The position numbers were made by a program, and so were the translations under genes. Source: Vicugna vicugna (lineage: Eukaryota). From it: a stretch of DNA of 64,000 nt. Below the pieces are notes generated by a model. That model did no database searches. It saw only the letters and a program-made list of their open reading frames with translations, and was not told the DNA's origin. How positions within the stretch are numbered: position 1 is the stretch's first letter; each line of letters begins with the position of its first letter. The stretch lies in the NCBI GenBank assembly GCA_013265495.1, contig MU058034.1, positions 62,001-126,000 on the forward strand, in the 5' to 3' direction. Below, piece after piece: positions 13,021-24,690 of the stretch.

Positions 13021-14697
13021 ATGGCAATAAACACACATCTATCAATAATTATTGTAAGTGTCAATGGACTAAGTACTCCAATCAAAACACAGACTGGCAG
13101 ACTGGATAATAAAACAAGAGCCTACAATATGCTTCCTACAAGAGACCCACGTTAGGATGAAGGACACACATAGATTTAAAGTGAGAAATGGAAAAAGATA
13201 TTTCATGCAAATGGAAATGACAAGAAAGTGGGAGAAGCAATACTGATATCAGACAAAACAAACTTTAAAACAAAGGCCATAAAGAAAGAGAAAGAAGGAT
13301 ACTATAATGATCAAAGGAGCAATGCCAAATGAGAATACTACATTCGTTAATATATATGCACCCAATGTAGAAGCACCTAAATATATAAAACACATACTAA
13401 CAGACATAAAGGGAGGAATTGATGTGAATACTATAACAGTAGGAGACTTTACCCCAGTAACATCATTGGACAGATCTTCTAGACAGAAGATCAATAAAGC
13501 AATGGAAATACTAAATAACACAATAGAACAGTTGGACTTGGTTGATATTTTTAGATATTACATGCCCCCAAAACAGAATATACATTCTTTTCAGGTGCTT
13601 ATGGAACATTCTCTAGGATAGACCACATACTTACAGGCACAAAAGAAGGCTCAAGAAATTTAAGAGGATAGAAATTATTCCAAGCATCTTCTCTGACCAC
13701 AATGGCATAAAACTAGAAATCAACCACAGAAAAACAAATGAGAAAAATGACAGCATAGGGACTAAACAACATGCTACTAAAAACACCAATGGATCAATGA
13801 TGAAATCAAAGAAGAAATTAAAAAATTACCTTGAGACAAATGACAATGAAAACACAACCACAAAAAAAATCTATTGTATGCAGCAAAAGCAGTCCTAACA
13901 GGGAAGTTCATAGTGATACAGGCCTTCCTCAAAATAGAAGAACAATTTCAAATAAACAACTTAACCTACTACCTAAAATAATTAGAAAAAGAAGAACAAA
14001 CAAAACCTAAAGTCAGCAGAAGGAAAGAAATAATAAAGATCAGGGAGGAAATAAATAAAATAAAAATTAAAACATAAACAGGAAAAAAATAAGTCAAACC
14101 AAGAGCTGGTTTTTTGAAAGAGTAAACAAAATTGACAAATCTCTGGCCAGGCTCACCAAGAAAAAAAGGAAAGATAGACAGAAAAAAAAAAAGAAGAAAA
14201 AAGAAAAAGAAATGAAAAAGAGATTACAACCAACACCACAGAAATAAAAAATTTCATAAAAGAATGATATGAACAACTATATGGCAGTAAATTGGACAAC
14301 TTAAAAGAAATGGACAAATTTCTAGAAATGTACAGTCCACCAAAACTGAATCAAGAAGAAATAGATCATTTGAACAGACCAATCACTAGAAGTGAAAAAG
14401 AAACAACAATAAAAAAAAAACCTCCCTGCAAACAGAAGTCTAAGGCCAGATGGCTTTACTGAGGAATTCTATCAAACATACAAAGAAAAGCTCATACTGA
14501 TCCTTCTCAAAATCTTCCAAAAATGGAAGAGGATGGAATACTCCCCAATTCATTGTATGAAGCCACCATCACCCTGATATCAAACCCAGAGAAAGACACT
14601 ACTAAAGAAGAAAGCTATAGGCCAATATCATTGATGAACATAGATGCAAAAATCCTCAACAAATGCTAGCAAACAGAATCCAACAATACATAAAAAT

Positions 14698-14928
14698 AGC
14701 CTAAATGTCCATCAACAAATGACTGCATAAAGAAGATGTGGTGGTACATATATACAATGGAATACTACTCAGTCATAAAAAAGAACAAAATAATGCCATT
14801 TGCAGCAATATGGATGGACCTGAAGATCGTCATTCTAAGTGAAGTGGGCTGGAAAGGAAAGAAATGCCATATGCCATCATTTATATGAGGAATCTAAAAA
14901 ATAATAATAAAAAGGACACAAATGAACT
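14698..14928 (+). mobile_element. L1 ORF2-end/3' UTR fragment A inside the nested cassette
   Basis: Matches the L1 end seen at ~17777-17990 and ~2390-2590, and stops at gacacaaatgaact. Confidence 0.9.
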
Positions 14929-15251
14929 ACCATTTTATAACTTAGATGATTGATCTCTTGAATATGTGTACGAACATATGACTGTCTTTTATAATTGGAT
15001 TACCGCATTCTGTTGATTCTTATTTTGTAGTTGGCTGTATTCCTTTGATAACTATGTAAGTTTAAAAAACTAAAGCTATAACCTATTCTTAGAAACAATA
15101 ATCAGTACATATAAGCTAAAAAATGTGCAGTATACCGTACATATGTAGTTACATGAAATATAATGTATATGTGCAGTGGAACTGTAATAATTCTACCTAA
15201 TAAAACTGAAAAAGGAAAACAAAACAAAACAAAAAAACAAAAAAAAAGGTT

Positions 15252-15377
15252 GGGGAGAATATAGCTCAGTGGTAGAGCACTCGCTTAGCATGCACAAGGT
15301 TCTGGGTTCAATCCCCAGTACCTCCATTAAAAATAAATAAATAAAATCCTAATTATCTCTACTCAAAAATAAATAAA
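15252..15377 (+). mobile_element. tRNA-derived SINE (Vic-1-like)
   Basis: A box TAGCTCAGTGG (15262-15272), B box GGTTCAATCCC (15305-15315), (AAAT)n tail. Homologous to the copy at 6742-6860. Confidence 0.92.
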
Positions 15378-15383
15378 CTCACT

Positions 15384-15837
15384 AAAACAATGCCATTTGC
15401 AGCAAATGGGTGGACCTAAATTTTATGATACTAAGTGAAGTAAGTCAAAAAGAGAGACATACAATATGATACCACTTATATGTGCAATCTAAAATATGAC
15501 AAACATGAATTTATTTACCAAACAGAAACAGACTCACAGACATAGAAAACAAATTTATAGTTACCAAAAGGGAAAGGGAGTGGAGGGGGATAAATTAGGA
15601 GTTTGGGATTAGCAGATGCAAACTACTGTATATAAAATAAACAAAAAGGTCCTACTGTATAGCACAGGGAACTATATTCAATATCCCATAATAAAGTATA
15701 ATGGAAAAGAATATGGAAAAGAAAATATATATATAAAACTGAATCACTTTGGTGTACACTAGAAACTAACGCAACTTTGTAAATCAACTAAACTTCCCAA
15801 ATTCATGAAAAAGAAAACAACAACAACAAAAAACAAA
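15384..15837 (+). mobile_element. L1 3' end fragment B inside the nested cassette
   Basis: atgccatttgcagcaa...ctactgtatagcacagggaactatattcaatat, followed by an A-rich tail. Confidence 0.9.
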
Positions 15838-18800
15838 ATAAAAAAGATCATACATCATGATCAAGTTAGATTTATCCCAGGGACACAAAGATGGTTTAAT
15901 ATATGCATATCAATCAACGTGATACACCACATCAACAAGAGAAAGGACAAAAATCATATGATAATATCAATAGATACAGAAAAAGCATTTGATAAAATTA
16001 AACACCCATTCATGATAAAACTTTTACCACAGTGAGTATAGAGGGAGCATATCTCAACATAATAAAAGCCATTTATGACAAACCTACAGCCAGCATCATA
16101 CTCAACATAGAAAAGGGGAAAGCCTTCGCACTAAAATCTGGAATAAGACAGGATGCCCACTCTCACCACTTCTATTCAGTATAGTATTGGAAATTCTAGC
16201 CATAGCAATTTCACCAGAAAAAGAAGTAAAAGGGATCTTACTTGGAAAAGAAGAGGTAAAATTGTCACTATATGAAGATGACATGATACTATACAAACAA
16301 AACCCTAAAGGCTCCACACAAAAACTACTAGAGCTGATAGAATTGGGCAAGGTAGCAGGATATAAGACTAACATACAGCAATCAGTGGCATTTATTTACA
16401 CTAACAATGAAATATCAGAAAGGGAAAGTAAAGAAACAATCCCTTTTAAAATTGAATCCAAAAAAATAAAATACTTAGGAATAAATCTGACCAAGGAAGT
16501 GAAAGACTTAAATATACATGAAGAACTACAAGACCCTGACAAAGGAAATTAAAGATGACTTAGTGAAGTAGAAAGACATCCCATGTTGGAAGAGTTAGTA
16601 TTATCAAAATGGCCATACTACCCAAAGCAATCTACAGATTTAATGCAATTCTTATCAGGACATTTTTCACAGAACTAGAATAAATAATCCTAAAATTTAC
16701 ATGGAATCACAAAAGACCCACAACTGCCAAAGCAATACTGGAGAAAAAAGAATGAAGCTGGAGAAATAACACTCCCAGACTTCAGACAATACTAAGGAGA
16801 ACTACAGTAATCAAAAAAGCTTGGTATTCGTACAAAAACAGACATATGGATCAATGGAACAAAATAGAGAGCCCAGAAATAAACCCACAGACCTACAGTG
16901 AATTTTCAACAAAGGAGGAAAAAATATACAATGGAGTAAAGACAGTCTCTTCAGCTAATGGTGTTGATATACCTGGACCACTGTCTGTAAATCAATGAAG
17001 TTACTCCCTCACATCATACACAAAAATAAACTCAAAATTCTTTAAAGACTTAAACATAAGACAAGACACTATAAACCTCTTGGAAGAAAACATAGGCAAA
17101 ATATTCTCCGACATAAGTCTTAACAATGTTCTCCTAGAGCAGTCTACCCAGGCAATAGAAATAAAAACAAAAATTAACAAATGGGACCTAATTAAATTTA
17201 GAAGCTTTTGCACAGCAAAGGAAACCATAAACAAAACAAAAAGACAACCTACAGAATGGGAGAAAATATTTGCAAAAGATGACACTGATAAGGGCTTAAT
17301 CTCCAGAATATATAAACAGTTCATACAACTTAATAAGAAAAAAAACAAACAGCCCAATCCAAAAATAGGCAGAAGACTTAAACAAGCAATTCTCCAATGA
17401 AGACATACAAATGGCTATTAGATACATGATAAAAAGCTCAGTATCATTAATTACCAGAGAAATGCATATCAAAACTACAATGAGGTATCCCATCACACTA
17501 GTCACAATGGCCATCATTAAAATGTCCAGAAATGATAAATGCTGGAGAGGGTGTGGAGAAAAGGGAACCCTCCTACACTGTTGGTGGGTATGTAATTTGG
17601 TGCAGCCGTTATGGAAAACAGTATGGAGATTCCTCAAAAGACTGAAAATAGACTTACCATATGATCTAGCAATCCCACTCCTGGGCATATATTCAAAATA
17701 TATATATAATTCAAAAAGATATAGGCAACCCAATGTTCACAGCAGCACTATTTACAGTAGCCAAGATACGGAAACAACCTCAATGTCCATCAACAGATGA
17801 CTGGATAAAGAAGTTGTGGTATATTTATACAATGGAATACTACTCAGCAATAAAAAGAATAAATTAGTGTCATTTTCAGCAACATGGATGTTCCTGGAGA
17901 ATGTCATTCTAAGTGAAGTAAGCCAGAAAGAGAAAGGAGAATACCATATGACATCACTTATATGTGAAACCTCAAAAAGACCAATGTACTTATTTACAAA
18001 GCAGAAACAGATTCATAGACATAGAAAACAAACATGGTTATCAGCAGGCAAAGGGGGTCAGAAGGGATAAATTGGGAGTTCGAGATTTGCAGATACCAAC
18101 TATGATATATAAAACAGATAAACAATAACTTTATACTGTCTAGCACAGGGAAATATCTTCATTATCTCAGTGTAACGTATAATGAAAATGAATATGAAAA
18201 TGACTATCTGCATGCATATGTATGAATGAGCTATTATGCTGTACACCAGAAATTGACAAAACATTGTATACTGACTATACTTCAATTAAAAAAAAGAAAG
18301 GTTTCACATCGAACAAAACGCAGAGCTGCAACACTCCCCCTGCCTGCAGTTGGGTGCACTTACAATAATTTCTCACACACACACACACACACACATACAC
18401 ACATATTCTGTTTCATTTCAACTACATGAAGTTTACTACATCTCAGTTACAACTTCCTGGCTCTTTTACAATTGTAATTAATTAATAATTTGTGTAATAA
18501 CATGTTTAACTTCTGTTTGACTTCAACATTCTGGGATGGAATCATTTCTATTTTTGCTAAATTTTCTTCCACTTTGCCTCATGTGTGCTTGAAGCTTGGA
18601 ATACAGCAAGTTTTTCATGAATAAGCAACTAACAATGAACTAAGTATGAGCCTTACTGAACCTAATGATATGAAGTCAAGTGTGATTATCTCCCTGAGTG
18701 TGTTGAGGGGGTAGGACGGTGGGAAGTGTTCTGTTTACAGAAGTGCCCGTGAATTCTAACACCTACTGCTAACGAGGCAACACTCATATTCTTGGGAAGG

Positions 18801-20589
18801 TCAATATAATGCATGAGGGCTTTGGGGAATTCTTAGATTATTCACAAAAGAGTAGTATTCAATATATATTTATTTATCTTAGAGCCTCTGTGTGAATCCT
18901 TCTTTTCTAAACATATGAATTTATAGAACTATCCAACAAAGCTTCTCTATAGTTGATTAGTATTTTCTATTTAGTCCAACTCATTTGTTGGAAAACAACC
19001 TCTAGTCTATTCTGCAGCTAAGTTCTTATCACACCAAAGCTAATTTGCCCCTTACTCCCCACAGGCCGGATCTTGAGGGCAGTAGGGTGAACTTGACAAT
19101 TCCTTTGTTAGTAATGGATAAAATACTTCTACATTCAGCAAGATTCTTTTCTGTATCCAGTCCCTCACTTTGTTCTATATTTTTGGCTCTCTAGTTCTTA
19201 CTTCAGTGACTGGAAACTTCTGGATACTGAAGTACCATTTGTTATATAAGCTGAATGAGGAAAACCGAAGTTGAGTTGAAACTAGGACAAAGGCAACTTT
19301 TAGCAGTTTGTGTTTATGTTCCCAGGGATGTTTGCTGACCACACACAAACACCATGCTGAAGTATACTCATCCAAGGAAGTAAAGTGAAGCTGAGATAAT
19401 GCCCACAAAGGCTATTTTTAGTCCATAATAGTTACATGTTAACCAACTGGTAGCTTCTGCCAAAGAGGGGATGACATTTCTATAGATGACACGTTGCCTG
19501 TGTTCTACAGCTGCACCTTCATCGTGGCACAACGGGTTTTCGCTACGTTTCTCTGCAGTGGGAACTATCAGACAGTCTTGCTCTTTTTGTTACTGCTTTG
19601 TCTGTATGCTGTGCTTGACATAAATAGGGGTACTCGTTATTTCTCAAATATCTCTTTATCCTACTTTTCCTTGCACACCAATTGTTCCCTTTAACATTCA
19701 GGTTTAATGTAGAGAGAGAAATGAATTGTCTCTACCCTCCCCTCTGTGGGGGGCAAATAAAAGGGGGGTTTGATGGTTGTATTGAATGAGATTAACAGTT
19801 TTCTTTCTGAAGACTTTATAACTCACATGCTAAAGTTTCACAGTGTACAATGTGTTTAGCAATATATTAAACTGAATGCCAAAATTATCTAGATCTCATA
19901 AAACCTGGAATCTAAGTGCTCCTTTTTGTAAAGAAGTTTGAATTAGGAGAGATTAAATCGTGTGTCTGAGGTCCAGAGCTAAGTCCCAGGATTACTGACT
20001 GCTTCCCAAAGTTTTTCAATCCTCACATTCAATATCATCTTATACTAGGATTCTTCCTCGCAAATAACTCACCCATAAAATATGCTATCATTGCTTGAAA
20101 CCTCAGTATTGGTTTCATGCGGACCGTTAGAAAAAAAAGTAGAGAAATACATGGAAAAAGGAGAGCCGCTCAGGAGGGCTGATGAATGTGAGTTTAGGAA
20201 CCACATGAGGGTATTAGATTCTTTTGGAACTCAGAGTGGAAGTCAACATTTACTTAATATGTGACTGATAATACCATCATTTCTGATTAGCATGCAGTAT
20301 TTGGAAACAGTTTACTAATTCAGTCTTTCAAAGCATGAATATACCACAGTGGAATGATTAACTACAAGAACACTCTATGCACACATCAAAGTTTTTTTAT
20401 GAATCCAAATAATATAAAGCCTTGCTACTGGATACTGGTCGGGTAACCAGTGTGACACATTTACACAATCAATATGATCCTGGAAAGTGATTACCATCTG
20501 AAATCATTCTATTTCATGACAGCTAAAAGAGGGTGCATGCCAGGTGCTATGCGTACCTTCAGGGTGAACACTCGCATCTAGAAGGAAGA

Positions 20590-20790
20590 GAGTTTTGAAA
20601 TGGCATATGGAATGGCTAGCAGATCTATATGAGATGTGAATCTTCATCTTAATAACTTCATGAGCTTCATCAACCAACCTCTCTAAACTCAGTTTCCAGA
20701 TGTACACATCTGGGATACCAATGTCTAAACCATGATGATGCAATGACATACGTGTGTGTGATTTTAGCACATGTAAGTAGTAAATAATCC
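20590..20790 (+). mobile_element. MIR relic
   Basis: Core-like aacctctctaaactcagtttccagatgt. Confidence 0.55.
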
Positions 20791-21188
20791 TTTAACATAA
20801 TTATAAATAGGTATCTATAAATAATCAATCCAGTGTTCATTCTATTAAACTGAGACCCAAATGAAAAAATTAAAACCCTTTTTCTCCTCCAAATGAATGG
20901 GAGAAAAGTGCAAGGTGAGTTGTGGGGTGACAGATGAGAAAACCAAATATCTTCACAATTATACCAGTTCACTTCCTCATCTCCCTTTTTTAATATAACT
21001 GGCTCTTAGTGAACTGAAGAGCTAGATAACAAGATTGTCTACTACCAGAACCTTAGTGTCACAACAGAAATGTACTGACCTGCAACAGTGGGCATCTGAG
21101 TTCTCCCAGCAAGTTCTCCCTATATGACCCAGGACCAGTCAGCTGTTTGTCCATCTTCTCATCTATATGAATAGAAAGTAGGCCCTGA

Positions 21189-21390
21189 TTTACAAATGCT
21201 AGCCACTATATATAGAAATAGATTTAAAAATTTTCTTCTGTATAGCACAAGGAACTATGTTCAATATCCTATAATAACTAATGAAAAAGAATATGAAAAC
21301 GAATATATGTATGTATATGCATGACTGGGACATTGTGCTGTACACCAGAAACTGACACACCGTGACTGACTGCACTTCAATTAAAAAAAA
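21189..21390 (+). mobile_element. Truncated young L1 3' end
   Basis: Same terminus as the other L1s, with poly(A). TSD AAAGTAGGCCCTGA (21175-21188) / AAAGTGGGTCCTGA (21391-21404). Confidence 0.92.
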
Positions 21391-22499
21391 AAAGTGGGTC
21401 CTGAAGGTCATTAAGGTCACTTCTAAACACAAATTTCCATGGTTCTGTGACAATCCATATTCTCTGCTTGCTGATGTAAAAAAGTTCCCTCCAATTTATT
21501 TATTCTTATGTTGTCAAGTGGGAAATAAACTCAAGGCCTCACATTTTAATGTCATTTTAGATTATTTTCTTCTCTTTCCCCTCAAGCTTAGAATTACTGG
21601 CCAGCAGAAGAGTCACTAAAACATACTGAGGCTCTAATCTTTGGTGAACTTTTGTTTTATAAGCTGTGCTGGGTTTTATTGTCAATAGCTAGTTTCTTTT
21701 AAAGGAGAGGTGGTCACTATGATACCATCTTAATAGAAAGGTCAAAAAAGTGTCAGCCTTAAGGATACATAAATTGTTGAACTGTGCTTTGTTATTTTCA
21801 GTTTCCCACTTTCAATTTTTATACTTCACATATAAAGCTGTGTGCTTTCACTGAAAAAAAAATACATAATTGCACTCATAACTTGAATATATATATATAA
21901 AAAACTTATTTCTGGGTATGGGTGAAAAAATGAAGTTAATCATACAAGATATTTTCAGGACAGTCTAATAGATAAGCAAGCTAGTTACAGATCAGGCTGT
22001 AATTCGTTTTTAATTTTAGTGGTCATGATTTAAACTATAATGAATCCTAATATTTCCACACAGATACATTGTTTTATAGAGGTTCGATTCATTGTTTATA
22101 TGCATAATTATCCTTAAATGAATTTTTCAGTATAGTGAAAACAGTATTTGTAACCCTTTGATTCCAGCTGCTGCTAGAAGTCCCATCACAGGGTAAATTG
22201 GGGCATGTGATGAAAGGATCATATTGAATTCATTAACGATCAGTTCAGTTTCTGGCCGTTGTGTATCTTCAGTGAAAGAGACTGAGCTTTAGAACTTGTT
22301 ATTTTTTCCAGCTCATGGGAGGCAGGCCTTTCTTTGGTCTGGCTTGGTTAAAGGACTTAATACAGAGGCAGATCGAACTCCCAGACTGGATCTGTCTGGT
22401 GTGATTTTTGAAAACCATCAAATCCAAGCTGAGAAGCATGAATTGGCATTGTCCAGGCCAACTAAGTAAAGATGAAGTATTAGGGCACTCAATCCAATG

Positions 22500-22980
22500 A
22501 ACTAGCGTATACCATAAGTAGGGTCATGGATGAGAGAATATGGCTTATTCTAGGGTCTGAAAGAAGTTTGTACTTAATGGTATATAGACATAAAGGTTGT
22601 TATATGTAAGAGGTTGATACTGACAGAGAGCACTGAGATGAGGCTGGACCATTATACAGAGAGTGACTTACTCAGGATTTCATCAAACATATAAAGAAAT
22701 CTGGAATTGATTCTAAAAGCCATGAGGAGACAACAAAGTATTTTAAGTGAAAAGTGAACTGATCAAATTTACATTTTAAAAATTGGAATTTGAAATGATT
22801 AGAGTCTTCGTGTCTTAGAACTTCTGAAGCCAGAGGACAAAAAATGGCTTGCAGACATTGTAAGACTACAGATCCCCAAAGAAGTGAAATGAATTGTCTC
22901 AGCATTACCATGCTCCTGAAATTCAAGTGGAAGGATTGATGAAACCTGGTCCTCTTGACAACTCTTTTGAGAATGTGGAA
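22500..22980 (-). mobile_element. L2 fragment
   Basis: Degenerate L2 pattern (gagatgaggctggaccattata, gtgaactgatcaaatttacatttt). Confidence 0.55.
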
Positions 22981-23278
22981 GATGTTAAAAATTATTTTTT
23001 AATTAAAAAATAATACTCTATTATAGGCTGCTGTGAGTAATTCAAAGTCATGAAAGAAAAAAAAAAGCCCCATTAAATGTTACTTCACCATAAAACTAAT
23101 GAAATGCTTGAATAATTTATTTTTAAAGCATTTATCTTGCATGTAACAATCTTCTATAAGAGCAAGCTGAAGACAAAACAATCATAGTAGTTAGTATCAG
23201 GTGTAATCACTTTTCCTAATTACAAGATTATATTGTAAGGTAAGGGTCTAATCAAAGGGGTTTTTTGAAGGTTAACCG

Positions 23279-23761
23279 TGTTAACAACCGGGCTCTTGGA
23301 CTCTTTAATCAATGGAAATTGGTAAGAGGCCAAGGAGAATTTCTGAAAAGGCCTTCTTGGGGCTCCCGCTGCAGCACAAAGGAGTGAAAGCAAGAAACAG
23401 GTACCAATACCTTCTCTCAGGGTAGAGAGCAAGATGAGCCCCAGATGGAGAGGGTTGGGCTGACGGACGGGCTGGGCCAGAGGCGTGGCCTGGGCGGTCT
23501 GTTCCGTCCCTGCCCAGGTGCCCTGCGCAAAGGTCCGCCTTTGGGGCAGGATCCTGTGCAAGGAGCATGCGCGGTCTGTTGCTTTTGCACCCAGCACTTC
23601 AGACCTGAACAAGCTGACTACGCAGGCCACCCCAGGAAGCGCCTTTAGCGGGCAAAACTGCCTTTTCTGAGCATGCGCGAAAGCCGCGGGGAGCAATCCC
23701 TGGTGGCAAGCACTGCTCTGGCTTCCCGTTAAATGAGGAATTTTCATCCCCAGGTTCTGAC
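23279..23761 (-). mobile_element. ERV1-class solo LTR-like element, CpG-rich
   Basis: Begins TGTTAACAACCGGGCTCTTGGACTCTTTAATCAATGGAAATTGGTAAGAGGCC, resembling the reverse U5/R end of laurasiatherian ERV1 LTRs as I recall them. Right boundary uncertain and no TSD found. Confidence 0.65.
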
Positions 23762-24049
23762 GCCTCCTCGCCTGCCGGTGGTGAGTCAGCTTCCTGTTTG
23801 TTCGGGGAGGCACTGTCTAGATGCTATTGTTCTGGCAGGTGACTCGAGGTTCCACCCTATCCCAGTATTAGGTTGAGCAAAACGCACCTGGGTGGACGCA
23901 CTGTGAACGGGCCCTGCAGCCAATCACGGATTTTGCTTTCACTCGATAACCCCAGTGTGAAGTCAACTAAGCAGCCAATGTTTCCACAGTAACCTTACAG
24001 CCCAGTTTCTCTGAGATACTAACCCTGGGAAAACTTTCTCGCTTGTCTG

Positions 24050-24690
24050 CAGCCCCCAGTCACTGACCCGCGGGGAAGGCCCTGGGTAGAACCTGGGTTT
24101 GGGGGAGAGTCACGGACCTGTGGGGCCGAAAGGCGTGGCGCCGTCCTCCCTGGCGCACCCGGCCGGGAAGGGCCACCGAACCCCGTTGTCCAGGGGCTTG
24201 CTCGCCTCCGACAGCATCTGCGGAGACCGACTCCTGTGACCTTGTCCCAGGGCTGACCGTGCGCCGTCCCCCTCGGGGCCCTGGGCCTACCCTCTGTGCT
24301 CACCTCCAACCGCGTTCGCCTCCCGGACCTCCGGAGGCCAGACTTTCCCATGCCCCGCACAAGCTGGCCGACAGCGGCCCCAAGGAACCCCCCCCACCGT
24401 GTCCCCCTCACCCCAGAACTCCAGCCTCTTTGCCTTCCGCCTGCCGAGGTCTGAGGCCCTCGGGAGGATGCGCCCCGCATGCTCACCTTCTTGTCCTTCT
24501 TAACCTCCTCCTGTGTGCAGCCCCGCGCCGCCCTCCCGACCGCAGCCTCCACTCCGAGCCTCTGCGCACCTTGCACCTGGCGCCCCACGCCCAGGGCCGG
24601 AGCTTGGCCCGGCCCCCCGCGTGCACGCCCGCCCCCTGCCCCTCCCGCCGCGCGAGCAGCTCCAGCTTTTCAGTTGCGCCGCCATCATTA
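24050..24690. promoter_or_regulatory. CpG island / probable promoter
   Basis: Abrupt GC- and CpG-rich block in AT-rich surroundings. GC boxes at 24628-24648 and a YY1-like GCCGCCATCAT at 24678-24688. Confidence 0.85.
24487..24610 (-). other. Candidate non-coding first exon of an unidentified minus-strand gene (start approximate)
   Basis: Strong donor AAG|GTGAGC at 24487/24486 preceded by purine-rich GAGGAGGTTAAGAAGGACAAGAAG. GC boxes lie upstream on the minus strand and the island extends into the putative intron. Confidence 0.6.

Larger units (their letters stand above)
13021..17960 (+). pseudogene. L1 ORF2p remnant (endonuclease, RT, C-terminus), frameshifted, interrupted at 14698-15837
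   Basis: Begins MAINTHLSII..VNGL. Contains [46 protein letters not shown] and [18 protein letters not shown]. Confidence 0.95.
10610..18295 (+). mobile_element. Near full-length inactive LINE-1 (5' UTR, ORF1, ORF2, 3' UTR, A tail) with internal deletion and nested insertion
   Basis: Starts GGGAGAGTGCCAAGACGGCAG (decayed YY1 site). GC-richer 5' UTR of ~1.6 kb, then ORF1 and ORF2 remnants, tail at 18288-18295. Possible degenerate TSD GAAACTGTGTCATGT (10595-10609) / GAAAGGTTTCACAT (18296-18309). Confidence 0.96.

Noticed and set aside
6742..15377. Two tRNA-like sequences as tRNA genes
   Set aside because: They have A-rich tails and SINE 3' extensions, and one has a TSD, so they are SINEs.
384..18070. 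Many ORFs of 60-150 aa on both strands within the L1 elements
   Set aside because: Plus-strand ones are broken ORF1/ORF2 pieces and minus-strand ones are antisense shadows. No intact retroelement or host protein.
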